Shown one piece after another: positions 10,251 to 19,827 of a stretch of DNA of 44,385 bases (the stretch's first letter is position 1; each line of letters begins with the position of its first letter). The position numbers and the translations under genes were made by a program. Source of the stretch: an uncultured bacterium. GTDB taxonomy: Bacteria; B130-G9. The notes below the pieces were generated by a model that was not told the DNA's origin, ran no database searches, and saw nothing but the letters and a program-made list of their open reading frames with translations. The stretch spans positions 1 to 44,385 of the forward strand of contig CBDVDH010000030.1 in assembly GCA_965372715.1 (NCBI GenBank). Direction: 5' to 3'.

Positions 10251-11042
10251 CTAGACCTCGGTTTCCTTCCCGAGAGAAGCGATGTCAAACAGATGAAGCG
10301 GTTTCTCTTGGCCCGACTCCATGTCAAAAGCGAACAGCCCGCTTCCGTCCTTTGACAGCCGCAAGAAACATAAACTGCCTTCGTTGAAGCCGGCAATCAT
10401 CACTAGCAGCTTCTTTCGCTTATCGACGACCATCTCGGAAAATATCGTCCGGTGACCATGGCCATAGACGACGAGGTCCGCCCCGGAGCTCATCCTCTTA
10501 TACGCAGATTCAAAGCAATGATAGTAGAAGCCAGTGTTCTTACCGATTACGTAATTCCTGCTAACGTGTGCGCACCAGTTCGCGACGCTGAGGCCAATGT
10601 GAGGCGGGAATATCTGAAACAGCCAGGTTATGGGTTTGCTTCTTACAACCTTTCTAAGAAGCCTGTATCCGGTGTCCTCACGGTCGATGAGGTCGCCGTG
10701 CTCGACGTGAACCCTGGCCCCCAGATAGCAAAGCTGCGCAGCATCGCTGAAGATCATCGCCGGGAGACAGCTTTCAAAAAAGGGCCCCGGCGCGAAATCG
10801 TGGTTGCCGTGGAGATACTTGAACTTGACGCCGCTATCGGCTAGTTCGAGCATCTTCGACAGCGCCGGAACGTAGCAGTAAGGGACCACGTCGCGGTAGC
10901 CGAACCAGAAGCTGAACAGATCGCCATTGATGATGATCGACTCGGCTTCGGGCCTCACGAAATCGAGAAAGCGAACGAACCCAGCCTGAAGGCGATCATC
11001 CTTGGGCCCAAGATGCAGGTCCGAAATCGCGATAAGGCTCAT
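10251..11042 (-). CDS. UDP-2,3-diacylglucosamine diphosphatase (LpxH/LpxG-like metallophosphoesterase)
   Basis: ISDLHLG, GDLF, GNHD, HGD and GHGH motifs of the calcineurin-like fold, with LpxH-type 'D.GYRLLRKVVR'. Confidence 0.75.
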   Translation of the reverse strand: MSLIAISDLHLGPKDDRLQAGFVRFLDFVRPEAESIIINGDLFSFWFGYRDVVPYCYVPALSKMLELADSGVKFKYLHGNHDFAPGPFFESCLPAMIFSDAAQLCYLGARVHVEHGDLIDREDTGYRLLRKVVRSKPITWLFQIFPPHIGLSVANWCAHVSRNYVIGKNTGFYYHCFESAYKRMSSGADLVVYGHGHRTIFSEMVVDKRKKLLVMIAGFNEGSLCFLRLSKDGSGLFAFDMESGQEKPLHLFDIASLGKETEV

Positions 11043-11114
11043 ATAGCTGATGTATTCTCCCTTGCTAGCCCATCAAAGAAGACGAGCACGGTGAACGTGT
11101 TGAGCGGAGGCAAT

Positions 11115-11377
11115 GAGGCTGAGTCATGGTAGATTGCTGAAGATTTCGTTGTGCATTTGCACAACATGATACATCACATCGCGTTGGCTGCAAGATCAAC
11201 GGGTGCTGTGGTCATTTGCGAGACGATTGCCGGAATTGCCTTGTAGGGGCGTGGTCTCAGACCCGCACGCCTAGATCAATCCCGTCAGATATGGGGCATC
11301 CTGGACGACCATCATTCAGAGCGGGCGGGTCTGAGACCACGCCACTACATACCGGCGACGAATTATGACCCAGCCTC
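11115..11377 (-). mobile_element. MITE-like element family A, complete diverged copy (263 bp)
   Basis: TIRs GAGGCTGAGTCAT...ATGACCCAGCCTC. The reverse complement aligns along 13445-13710. Internal inverted REP pair GTAGGGGCGTGGTCTCAGACCCGC / GCGGGTCTGAGACCACGCCACTAC. Confidence 0.85.
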
Positions 11378-11437
11378 CCTGAACCACCCCCTGACTGGAA
11401 TCCTGATTGGAATGATATACACCCTCTTCGGAGATGA

Positions 11438-13225
11438 TCAGGGAGAGAAGCCCTTGAGGAACTTGCGCCTCGTTGGGTGCCGGAGCTTCCTCAGGGCCTT
11501 GGCCTCGATCTGGCGGATACGCTCGCGGGTGACGTTGAACATAATACCCGCCTCCTCAAGCGTGTGCTCGTATCCGGTGTCGATACCCATCCTGAGCCTT
11601 ATGACCATCTCCTCGCGCGGAGTCAGATACTTCCTCAACAAATCACGCGTGATCTCCCTGAGATTCTGGCGATCGACCGAATCGCTCGGGGACATTATCT
11701 TCTTGTCCTCGATGAAGTCGCCAATGTGGCTGTCCTCCTCCTCGTTGATCGGGGTCTCAAGCGAGATCGGTTCTTGAGCGATCTTCATGATCTTGCGTAT
11801 CTTGTCAGCAGGCATCGCAAGCCTCTGCGCCAGCTCATCAGGTGTTGGCTCTCGACCATACTCTTGGACCAGGTAACGGGAGGTCCGAACGATGCGATTG
11901 ATCGTCTCGATCATGTGAACGGGTATCCTGATCGTCCGAGCTTGGTCCGCCATTGCTCTGGTGATAGCCTGACGAATCCACCAGGTAGCGTAGGTTGAGA
12001 ACTTGTAGCCTCGCTTGTATTCGAATTTGTCAACCGCCTTCATTAGGCCTATGTTGCCCTCTTGGATGAGGTCAGACAGATGCAGGCCGCGGTTGACATA
12101 CTTCTTTGCGATGCTCACCACGAGGCGCAGATTGGCCTCGGAAAGCTCTCGCTTCGCATCCTTTGCGAGCTCGTGGCCCATCGCGACCTTGTGCGAGGTC
12201 TGCATCAGCCCCGCCAAAGTCATACCCGTCTCTGCTTTGATCCTCTTTATCTTCCTGCGCCGATCCTTGACTATACTATTGACCTCCTCGAGCTCCTCAA
12301 GAGTAAAGCCGACCTGCGACTCCTTGCGAATCCTGTCCTCAGCCGGGAGCGAGTGGAGCTTCCGCATCCAGCTCCTCACATCGCGGACCGTCATCCCGCA
12401 GTGTTCTTCATACTTGCGTATCTCGCTCTCACATTCTGCCCATCGATTCAGAACATCCCGTATTCGGGCGATCAACTTGTTAATGTATTTCTCGCTCAGA
12501 TTAAGAGACATCAACCTCTCGACAAGCCGGGCGAAGAACTTCCCTGCCTTCTTCCTCTCTTCCCTCGTCCCTCCGGATTCGCGCTTGCAGACTCGTATCG
12601 TGTTTGAGTATTCCCTGTGAGTTGACTTTACGTCTGCAAGCGTATCGAAAACCCGTTGCCGTTCCTCATCTTCGTCGAAATTCTCGCGATAGTCCTCGAC
12701 CTTAACGATCGCTCGGATGTTCTGCCGTCGTCTGCGGTCAGCGGCGAAACGCAACAGGTCCTTTACGCTCATCGAACACGAGACGACCGCCTTGAGAACC
12801 TTGGTCTTGCCCATCTCTATTCTCTTAGCGATTCTAACCTCGCCCTCTCTGTCCAACAGCGGGACTTTGCCCATGTCCCTGAAGTACATCTTCAGCGTGT
12901 CGGAAACGTTTACCGGGGTGTGTTCCTTCGCAACGTCGTAATGATGAGCTTCCTCCTCGATCTCCAACTCCTCATCGGCGGACTCCGGCGAATCATCAGA
13001 TGACGACTTCTCCAAAAACCGGTCAATGAACTCGTCCGCCCTGTCATCTACTATCTCGATGCCGTTCTGGCTGAGAGCCATCATGAGTTCATCCAGCTCA
13101 TCACCGGAAATCGGGACACCGGAAGGCAGCATATCGCTTATCCACTGGTAGCTCACAACCTTACGAGCCCTTGCCTCCTGAACGAGTCCGTCCCGTACTT
13201 CGGCTAGCTTTGTCTTTGATACCAT
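11438..13225 (-). CDS. rpoD: RNA polymerase primary sigma factor (sigma-70)
   Basis: Region 1.1/1.2, non-conserved region, [47 protein letters not shown]. Confidence 0.97.
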   Translation of the reverse strand: MVSKTKLAEVRDGLVQEARARKVVSYQWISDMLPSGVPISGDELDELMMALSQNGIEIVDDRADEFIDRFLEKSSSDDSPESADEELEIEEEAHHYDVAKEHTPVNVSDTLKMYFRDMGKVPLLDREGEVRIAKRIEMGKTKVLKAVVSCSMSVKDLLRFAADRRRRQNIRAIVKVEDYRENFDEDEERQRVFDTLADVKSTHREYSNTIRVCKRESGGTREERKKAGKFFARLVERLMSLNLSEKYINKLIARIRDVLNRWAECESEIRKYEEHCGMTVRDVRSWMRKLHSLPAEDRIRKESQVGFTLEELEEVNSIVKDRRRKIKRIKAETGMTLAGLMQTSHKVAMGHELAKDAKRELSEANLRLVVSIAKKYVNRGLHLSDLIQEGNIGLMKAVDKFEYKRGYKFSTYATWWIRQAITRAMADQARTIRIPVHMIETINRIVRTSRYLVQEYGREPTPDELAQRLAMPADKIRKIMKIAQEPISLETPINEEEDSHIGDFIEDKKIMSPSDSVDRQNLREITRDLLRKYLTPREEMVIRLRMGIDTGYEHTLEEAGIMFNVTRERIRQIEAKALRKLRHPTRRKFLKGFSP

Positions 13226-13330
13226 TTAGTTACCTCTAGACAGGTTGGGTCTCAGATAGGCCCTCGTCACCGGATGAGAGCTAAAGGCTAGAACACCTGG
13301 GATCGCTCCTAACATACTCATGCCATCTCT

Positions 13331-13359
13331 ACATTAGGGTCTGCCGGACGATTTGTCAA
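13331..13359 (-). promoter_or_regulatory. Putative sigma-70 promoter of rpoD
   Basis: Minus strand TTGACA-N17-TAATGT about 105 bp upstream of the start codon. Confidence 0.45.
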
Positions 13360-13444
13360 GAAAGTCTTCTGCGAAAACCTATCTGAAGGAGGCCGTCCGA
13401 ATGATCCGCTGGCCCGAATGACACGGACTGTGGGTCTCACGGCA

Positions 13445-13710
13445 GTGGGTGTCTCATAAGTCGTTGCGGTTGTGTAGCGGGCGGTGTCTCTGACCCGCCC
13501 TTTCGAATTGATGCTCGCATAAGATGCCTCGTATCCGGAGGGATTCATGTAGGCGGGCGGGTCTGAGACACCGCCCCTACAGGCCGATTCCGACAATCGC
13601 GTCGCATAAGAAAACCACCGCGTTGATCTTGACAATCTGCCGTATTTCCTGTATCCTTGTTGTCTCAATGGACGACGAAATCCTTGCCAATTGACTTATG
13701 ACACAGCCTC
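13445..13710 (+). mobile_element. MITE-like element family A, complete copy (266 bp)
   Basis: Degenerate left TIR GTGGGTGTCTCATAAG, right TIR CTTATGACACAGCCTC, GGCA on both flanks (possible 4-bp TSD), internal inverted REP pair at about 13474-13580. Confidence 0.85.
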
Positions 13711-13714
13711 GGCA

Positions 13715-13736
13715 GTGGGAGGCTTTCCAGCCTGCC
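13715..13736. repeat. GTGG-type REP-like palindrome
   Basis: GTGGGAGGCTTTCCAGCCTGCC; related copies at 166-177 (half), 20709-20775 (pair) and 44369-44385 (truncated). Confidence 0.7.
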
Positions 13737-13800
13737 AAAGAAAGTGTCTCCCACGAGGGAATGTTGTGTGCCAGATGCAGCGCAGGTGGCGACCGGCTGG

Positions 13801-14553
13801 TTACGCGGGACCGAGGGCGCAGCGGAGAGTGGCGCACTTGCCGCAGACCTCGGACTTGTCGAGGTCAAGGAAGTTCTCGGCGTTTTCCGAGCAGTGCTCG
13901 AAACAAGGGGCCGCCTTGAAGCCGTCAGTCTGAATCGCGTCGACCGGACATGCTTGAACGCATTCTGTGCAGCTCTTATCGCGCAGATAAGCGCAAAGCT
14001 CTCCGACAGGTTTTGGCGAAGTCCCTAATTCCTGCGTCGTAAGTAACGATATTAGCCTGCCGGCGCAGCCACTAGCTGTAATTAGCATCTTATTGAGGCC
14101 ATATCGGCCTAGGCCGCAGAGGAACCCGACCAGCTTGTGAGACCACTCGGCAGCAAGTGTCTCACGGTCGAAGACGCCGGTTGGCGGAACCACCCGCGCC
14201 TTTTGACCCCACGCAATCAGAGTGAGAGCAACGACAGTGCCTACCCGATGAATGAGTGTGTTCGTTTTGACGTAGGCCTCGGCCCACTCCCGCGATGCAA
14301 ACCTACCACCACGATTGAGAGTCACAACCCGCTCGCTGAACGGCAAGAATATCCCGACCGCGCTCTTGGCGCCGGGCAAGACCTGCTCTGGCCGAACGTG
14401 CCACTCGGACGCATCGGCAAAGGCCTGCTTCGCCTCGGGACTCTTCAGGTCGCAGAATCCCATCAAGAGAGGTCTGTATAGGGAAGCATCCCCTTCTTGG
14501 TCCAGCACGCGCTGGGCCACGTCCAGCAGTAAACCCTTTAGGTCTTCGCTCAA
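13801..14553 (-). CDS. Epoxyqueuosine reductase (QueG)-like iron-sulfur protein
   Basis: P..VLPGAKSAV, WSHK....CGLG.YGLN, C-terminal C..C..ACP and CGKC ferredoxin-type cysteines. Confidence 0.7.
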   Translation of the reverse strand: MSEDLKGLLLDVAQRVLDQEGDASLYRPLLMGFCDLKSPEAKQAFADASEWHVRPEQVLPGAKSAVGIFLPFSERVVTLNRGGRFASREWAEAYVKTNTLIHRVGTVVALTLIAWGQKARVVPPTGVFDRETLAAEWSHKLVGFLCGLGRYGLNKMLITASGCAGRLISLLTTQELGTSPKPVGELCAYLRDKSCTECVQACPVDAIQTDGFKAAPCFEHCSENAENFLDLDKSEVCGKCATLRCALGPA

Positions 14554-14647
14554 GATCGTTTAGCCTTAAGACAAGACACGTTTTCAAGCCCAATCGCGAA
14601 TGAGCCGAGCCTCGCCTGCTCGCCATCTCAAGGATATTAACACACCC

Positions 14648-16192
14648 TCAGATAACGATCACGATTATCATCGGCCCCATCGACGAGTCGGAGGTCCCGA
14701 AGGTCGCGGAGCCCGTAGCGGATGAGAGCAACTTGGCATAGCCCACACCCCGCACCGGGCCGCTTAAGACATCCCTCTGCGCGGAAAGCACGTTTGACTC
14801 GGAGACTACGATGAAACGCACGCCCCGGTCCACATAGAACTGCCGCGAGCCTTCGCCGGCGCTTCTGATCTTTATTGTATCGAATTGTCTGGATGGCAAT
14901 GTCAAGCTTCCCCTTTCGACGGCGATTCTTGCGCCCTGCGGGGCATGAAGCTGGAGCCACTCCACGGCCGCATCGAATGTCGGCTTCCTCGACAGCCTCT
15001 CAACTGAACCGATGCTGCCGGCCATCGACAACGCCAGGATAGCCAGAATGAGCGTGGTCGCAAGGCGTCTGAACTTTGCCAGCAGCCTGAATGAGCTCCT
15101 GAGCATCCTGAGAGAGCCCTGCACACCAGCGGCGGCAAAAACGCAGAGGACGGGAATAGATGCCACGCCACACGACGATGCCTCGTTCTGGGCGCAGAAC
15201 CCGACGACGAGCGCCAATATCCCATAGCCCAACCAGGGCACATCCTTCCTCTTTGCACGGACGACAGCGCAGCCTAGGCCGACCGAGGCGGCGATTAGCA
15301 TCGGCATCGCCCCGAAAGCGAATGGCCGAGGGGCCGCCGCGGTGTAGAGCGCGTCAAAACCTTCCAAGCCAGCCCACTGCTTTGCCCCGAAGAAGTGGTA
15401 GGCGAAGAGCGCGCCAACCGCCCCGTACATTGCCCAGCGTGGATTCGTTACGCTTGGCGACTGTAAGGAAGGGCGGGTCTTGCGGCCCGAGAAATGCAGA
15501 AAGAGCCCGCTGACAGCCACGATGCAGAGCAGGATTGCCAAGAGAATTGGCCCGTCAAAGGCTGACACGGCAAGCCCTAGCAGCAGAAGGAAGAGGCAGA
15601 TGCGGGTCAGATCCGGCGACGAAGGTTTCATCGTATAGAGAAGGGCAGTCCACAGCAGCACAGCCAAGACGCCTGCGAACGAGCCAGCGACTAGCAGGAA
15701 TCCCGCGAAAAAGAAACTCAGCCGCGCCTTTTTTTCAGAGGACGTTATGACAAGTAGGAGTCCCAGCAGACCCAGGAGACCGATTGCTGTCTCACGAAGC
15801 GCAAATCGTGACCAGAATGACGCCAGGGGATGCACAGCGAGGAGCGCGGTGGCGAGTAGAGCGGCTAACTGACCATAGAGCTTTTTGGCAATGACCCAGG
15901 CCAGAAGCACCGATGCACAGGCCAGAATTGCCCCCACAAGTCGGCCAGCTCTTATGCGGGACGACGAACGCTCCGCATCCAGAATCCGACTATTTCGCCG
16001 CGCGGCGAATTCGGTCTCGTGTGTCGAGTCAATGCCCAGCGCTGCAAGGAGAATGCCGCCGGGTCCACCGGACAGCATCTTGGTCTCAGCAGAATGGGGC
16101 CAACGAGGCAGGCCGAAATCCAGATACGCGACTCGCAGAATAGCAGCCAGGCAGAGAAGGAGGACCAGCGTCGGGATTCGGAACCTAATCAC
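14648..16192 (-). CDS. Membrane glycosyltransferase, family 39/ArnT-like
   Basis: 'LRVAYLDFGLPRWPHSAE' N-terminal loop, 'GRLVGAILA...AKKLYG..AALLATALLAVHP' PMT_2-like pattern, many TMs. Confidence 0.65.
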   Translation of the reverse strand: MIRFRIPTLVLLLCLAAILRVAYLDFGLPRWPHSAETKMLSGGPGGILLAALGIDSTHETEFAARRNSRILDAERSSSRIRAGRLVGAILACASVLLAWVIAKKLYGQLAALLATALLAVHPLASFWSRFALRETAIGLLGLLGLLLVITSSEKKARLSFFFAGFLLVAGSFAGVLAVLLWTALLYTMKPSSPDLTRICLFLLLLGLAVSAFDGPILLAILLCIVAVSGLFLHFSGRKTRPSLQSPSVTNPRWAMYGAVGALFAYHFFGAKQWAGLEGFDALYTAAAPRPFAFGAMPMLIAASVGLGCAVVRAKRKDVPWLGYGILALVVGFCAQNEASSCGVASIPVLCVFAAAGVQGSLRMLRSSFRLLAKFRRLATTLILAILALSMAGSIGSVERLSRKPTFDAAVEWLQLHAPQGARIAVERGSLTLPSRQFDTIKIRSAGEGSRQFYVDRGVRFIVVSESNVLSAQRDVLSGPVRGVGYAKLLSSATGSATFGTSDSSMGPMIIVIVI

Positions 16193-16376
16193 CTCGCCCC
16201 TGTGTCACTGAAGCGCCAAACTTGGCGATGCAGCAGAATCGGAAGAACTATCTCTACAATAGTGCGATTAAATCATCAAATCGGATGCTGTGAAAGAACA
16301 GCAACGTGCAAGGTTCCTCTATCGTAGTGCGATTAAACCATAACCAAGATTACGGGTCCGTCGCGCCAACGTCAAG

Positions 16377-16699
16377 GGGTTTGACCCTGGATTGTACTTA
16401 ACATGGCTGCGTTATTGCCTATCCCACCGAGTCGCGGCCAGGTCGCCCAGCTTTAGCCGAGGCGACAGGTTGGCTATCATTGTATTAACTCCGATTTCAA
16501 TCGGGAGACCCCAGGACCCCGACACGCTCCTCTCCATCCTCCTCAGATCAAGATTTCAGGGAGGAGGAGGGAGTCGCGTCGGCTTCCAGACCACCCGACT
16601 CGAAGTCGGGTGCTAATATAATGAGAGCCATCCATCGCGCCGTGTTGAAACACGGCGCCCTGGATACGTTAACTCTACCTACAATCTAGAGTCACACCC
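16377..16699. mobile_element. MITE-like element family C (323 bp) with 8-bp target-site duplication and a long internal palindrome
   Basis: TIRs GGGTTTGACCCTGGATTGTA (16377-16396) and TACAATCTAGAGTCACACCC (16680-16699), 17/20 complementary. ACGTCAAG lies directly on both flanks (16369-16376, 16700-16707). Confidence 0.8.
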
Positions 16700-16780
16700 A
16701 CGTCAAGGACTTTGCGGGAGGAGTTTTCGCAGAATGGAGACGGAAGAAGATGGAAAGGGGAAGCAACGTTGCGGAGCCTG

Positions 16781-17362
16781 TTAGGGCGTGGCCGGGCCAA
16801 CGCCGAGTTCTCTTTCAAGCGGAGGGACGAAGAGGAAATACTTCGTCTGGTTGATGATCTCAGCATCAACTAGGAGAAGGTCGTCACTGCCGGGCTCGTT
16901 GCCATAAATCCTTGCTCCCGACGGCGATGTTGCCCCGAAGTGCATCGTCTGGACCGTGCTTTTCTGAGTTCTTGGGTTCCTCGACCATACCGAGATTGTC
17001 AGGCTTGGTCTGACTAAGCCAAATTGCTCCAGCCCGCGCCCGACCTGCTCAAGCCGAAGTTCTCTCACGTATTCTGCTTTCTGAAGAATAGAGATGAGGC
17101 GCTCGACTTCGTGCTGGTCGGCTGGCGCCCTTTGCGGCGCGGTGAGCATCCATCGTCCTTCCTGCTTGATCGCGGTGAGCTGCTTGTCCGCGGTCTGTAT
17201 CTCGAGCTTTGTGATGTGCTCGGACGAGAGACCGCTGAAAAGATGCGGAGGAGGAGGCGGCTGAGGCGCTTCGGAAGCGCTATGCTCAAATAGCACGTAA
17301 TACGCGCCAAGCAGGACAGCTATGGACGGTAATACGATGGTTCTCCAGACGCTTGCTCGCAT
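16781..17362 (-). CDS. DUF4340-like membrane-anchored protein
   Basis: N-terminal TM 'LLGAYYVLFE', 'W.LTAP...PAD...V..LI..L', 'LEQFGL..P', 'FG..SP.G..IY' pattern. Confidence 0.65.
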   Translation of the reverse strand: MRASVWRTIVLPSIAVLLGAYYVLFEHSASEAPQPPPPPHLFSGLSSEHITKLEIQTADKQLTAIKQEGRWMLTAPQRAPADQHEVERLISILQKAEYVRELRLEQVGRGLEQFGLVRPSLTISVWSRNPRTQKSTVQTMHFGATSPSGARIYGNEPGSDDLLLVDAEIINQTKYFLFVPPLERELGVGPATP

Positions 17363-17375
17363 GGCATTAGCCTTC

Positions 17376-18419
17376 TCAGTTAGCGATATGAGAGCCTCTT
17401 GCAACAAATCTGAACTTGAGTCTTTGCGCTTTCAGCTCGGCAAGCTCGGCCTCGACCGCGGCAGCCTTTTCAGGCGGGCAAATGAGCATCAAGAACCCGC
17501 CTCCGCCGGCGCCGGTGATCTTGCCGCCCAAGGCCCCGTTCCGCTTGGCCGACTCGTATAGCTCGTCAATGTGCGAAGATGAAATCGTGGAGACAATTCG
17601 CTTCTTGGCCCGCCAGGACAGGTCAACCAGCTCGGCCACCGTGGCGAGGTCATCTGAGAGAAACGCGGATTTCATTCGCTCCGCAAGCCGCTTGATCTCG
17701 CGCAGGTATCCGACGGTTGCGCGATGACCGCTGGCGGTTTTTTCTCTCTGCTCGGAGAGTATTGTGGCCGAGTCTCTGCTTTTCCCCGTGAAAAAAAGCA
17801 TCGTCCACGCCTCCAGCGAACGAAGGCGCCTGCTGTCGATGACAAGCGGCGTGACGGTGGTCTCTGAGGTCGAGAAGCGGACCTCGTTAAGCCCGCCGAA
17901 TGCTGAGGCGTATTGGTCCTGTTTGCCGATGGGCCTCTTGAGTTCTTCGATCTCGATGGTCGAGGCGAGCTCCGCGATAACCCCTGCGGAGAGCCTTTTG
18001 CCAAGGATGGCAGAGACCGCCTTGATCGCGCCGACTGTCGCTGCGCCTGAAAGTCCCAGGCCGGAGCCCGGCGGGACGTCGGACGCTGTGTGGATTTGAA
18101 GGCCAGTTGGTGGACTAAAGGCGCGGATTACCGCCTTGACAATACCGAATACTCCTTTTATATCGACATTGCCGATGTCATCGCACTCTTCGGTGAGGCC
18201 GTAGTCGGCTGAGGTGATGACAAGCCTTGAATCTCTGCGTAAGGAGACAACGCAACGGAAGTATTTGTCGATCGTTGCGGAAACTACGAGACCGCCAAAC
18301 CTGGCGTAGAAAGCCTCGAGGTCAGTTCCGCCACCGCCGAAACTTATCCGAACCGGGGTCTTAGAGACGATTATCGACGATGGAAACATGGGCGGCAGGG
18401 CTGGTGGCTGTGAGCTCAT
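17376..18419 (-). CDS. GHMP kinase, D-glycero-alpha-D-manno-heptose-7-phosphate kinase (HddA)-like
   Basis: TPVRISFGGGGTD, PPGSGLGLSG, GKQDQY, GGKITGAGGGGF. Confidence 0.85.
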   Translation of the reverse strand: MSSQPPALPPMFPSSIIVSKTPVRISFGGGGTDLEAFYARFGGLVVSATIDKYFRCVVSLRRDSRLVITSADYGLTEECDDIGNVDIKGVFGIVKAVIRAFSPPTGLQIHTASDVPPGSGLGLSGAATVGAIKAVSAILGKRLSAGVIAELASTIEIEELKRPIGKQDQYASAFGGLNEVRFSTSETTVTPLVIDSRRLRSLEAWTMLFFTGKSRDSATILSEQREKTASGHRATVGYLREIKRLAERMKSAFLSDDLATVAELVDLSWRAKKRIVSTISSSHIDELYESAKRNGALGGKITGAGGGGFLMLICPPEKAAAVEAELAELKAQRLKFRFVARGSHIAN

Positions 18420-18489
18420 CTATTCGGCGCTGGCTACTGAGCTGCTCTCGTCCCGTGCCGGACGATACGCCCTCCAAGGCAATCGAGCG

Positions 18490-19212
18490 TCACCGATTGG
18501 ACTTGGCCGTTCCCTCGCCGATCTCGGTGCCATAGTGTATCTTAGGCCCGCTGCCCATGGTGGTTTTTTCCTTGTCGCTCTGCTTCTCCTGCTGTGAGAC
18601 GGCAAGGGGTTGAGTCGGCTCAGCTCTTCTGGTGGTGCTGGCCCCGCTCGGCGAAAACTCCGTTGGCCCTATGGTCATGATGTTGCTTGCGGGCGAGGGC
18701 CCGGGGTTAACACATTTCTCGAACATCGCCATGCGCTTTGCGTTCTCAAACCTATCGACAAGATTGCGCATTCTGAGGAAGTCCCGCACTTCGCTGCACC
18801 CCGACTGAAGCCTAATCTCGAACAGCTCAGTAGGTCTGGCGCTGAAGTAGCTTTTGACCTGGGGATGGTTGTATTGGATGTTCACGGCCTGTCGAGCAGT
18901 CAAAAGCCCCATCCGCCAATAATACTCGTAGCCTCGCGATAGGAGAGGGAACTCCGCCATCTTGGCATAACATGCCTGAGCAAGGTTAAAATAGAGCGGA
19001 GCACGCTTTGGACTGAATTTATGCCTCTCATAGCCCTCGTATGAGCCAATTGCGGCTTTGAACACCTTAATGGCGTCGTCAATGCTCCCCTCCGAAAGGA
19101 ACAGAAGACCCTCTTTGTTCCGCTGCGTAGCGAACCAATTGGCCTGAGAGATTGAGTGGACAAGCCACATCGCTATTATTGTGCAAACCATAAACACGAC
19201 GCGTTTTTTCAT
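18490..19212 (-). CDS. Hypothetical exported protein with TPR-like helices
   Basis: Signal peptide MKKRVVFMVC..., 'NKEG......G.IDDAI..FK.AI' and 'LYFNLAQACY' TPR-like pattern, low-complexity tail. Confidence 0.5.
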   Translation of the reverse strand: MKKRVVFMVCTIIAMWLVHSISQANWFATQRNKEGLLFLSEGSIDDAIKVFKAAIGSYEGYERHKFSPKRAPLYFNLAQACYAKMAEFPLLSRGYEYYWRMGLLTARQAVNIQYNHPQVKSYFSARPTELFEIRLQSGCSEVRDFLRMRNLVDRFENAKRMAMFEKCVNPGPSPASNIMTIGPTEFSPSGASTTRRAEPTQPLAVSQQEKQSDKEKTTMGSGPKIHYGTEIGEGTAKSNR

Positions 19213-19272
19213 AGTATTCTCCCGAATCTTATCATCCACGCAAGATGTATAACTACTAGTAATGGGCGGTTC

Positions 19273-19827
19273 CTAGTCAAACGGAGTGCCTGTAGTGTCA
19301 GCATCCTCCGCAAGTGCGTTTTCCAGCGACATAAGCTGCCATCTTATGGGATCGGCCAAGTCCGTAAACCTGCTCCTGCGCTTCACCAGCAGTAGCTTGC
19401 TCCGAACATCGAAGGTTGGGTCCGACCGTGATGTGAAGCAAAAAAGCAGCAGTATCCTATCTGTGGTGTATCTTCTCGTAGCTTTGGGTCTTGCCCACTC
19501 CTTGGTCTCCAATTCGGCCTTTATGTCACGAACAACATCATAAGTAGGTTCGCCTATCCCCAGGTCTGTCCTGATCCTGAAGAGCTTATACAGATCAGCG
19601 TTGTAGCCGCATTTCTTCATAACGTCTTCGGCATTGTGGTTATAGGCCCAAACGTAGGCCTGAACTGTTGCGTCAGGGGTATCGAACTTCGGTTCAAACC
19701 CGCAGCCCACAAGCACAAAAACCATTGCCAAAGAGGCATAGGACAAGGACCGAATACGGACCTGCAGCCACCCTCTACATGAATAAGCGCACCGTTTCAT
19801 CGATGCCGACCCTCGCCGTTGGCCCAA
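19273..19827 (-). CDS. Hypothetical lipoprotein
   Basis: Hydrophobic stretch ending in lipobox-like LVGC, then 'TPDATVQAYV.A' pattern. Start codon uncertain. Confidence 0.5.
   Translation of the reverse strand: MGQRRGSASMKRCAYSCRGWLQVRIRSLSYASLAMVFVLVGCGFEPKFDTPDATVQAYVWAYNHNAEDVMKKCGYNADLYKLFRIRTDLGIGEPTYDVVRDIKAELETKEWARPKATRRYTTDRILLLFCFTSRSDPTFDVRSKLLLVKRRSRFTDLADPIRWQLMSLENALAEDADTTGTPFD

Noticed and set aside
13318-13933. Short ORFs overlapping the family A element, and likewise 224-642, 16392-16616 and 19882-20567
   Set aside because: They lie in repeat or palindromic DNA and show no transposase or other recognisable motifs.
16252-16341. Possible mini CRISPR array (25-bp repeat, 40-bp spacer)
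   Set aside because: Only two imperfect repeats, no palindromic repeat structure and no cas genes in the window.
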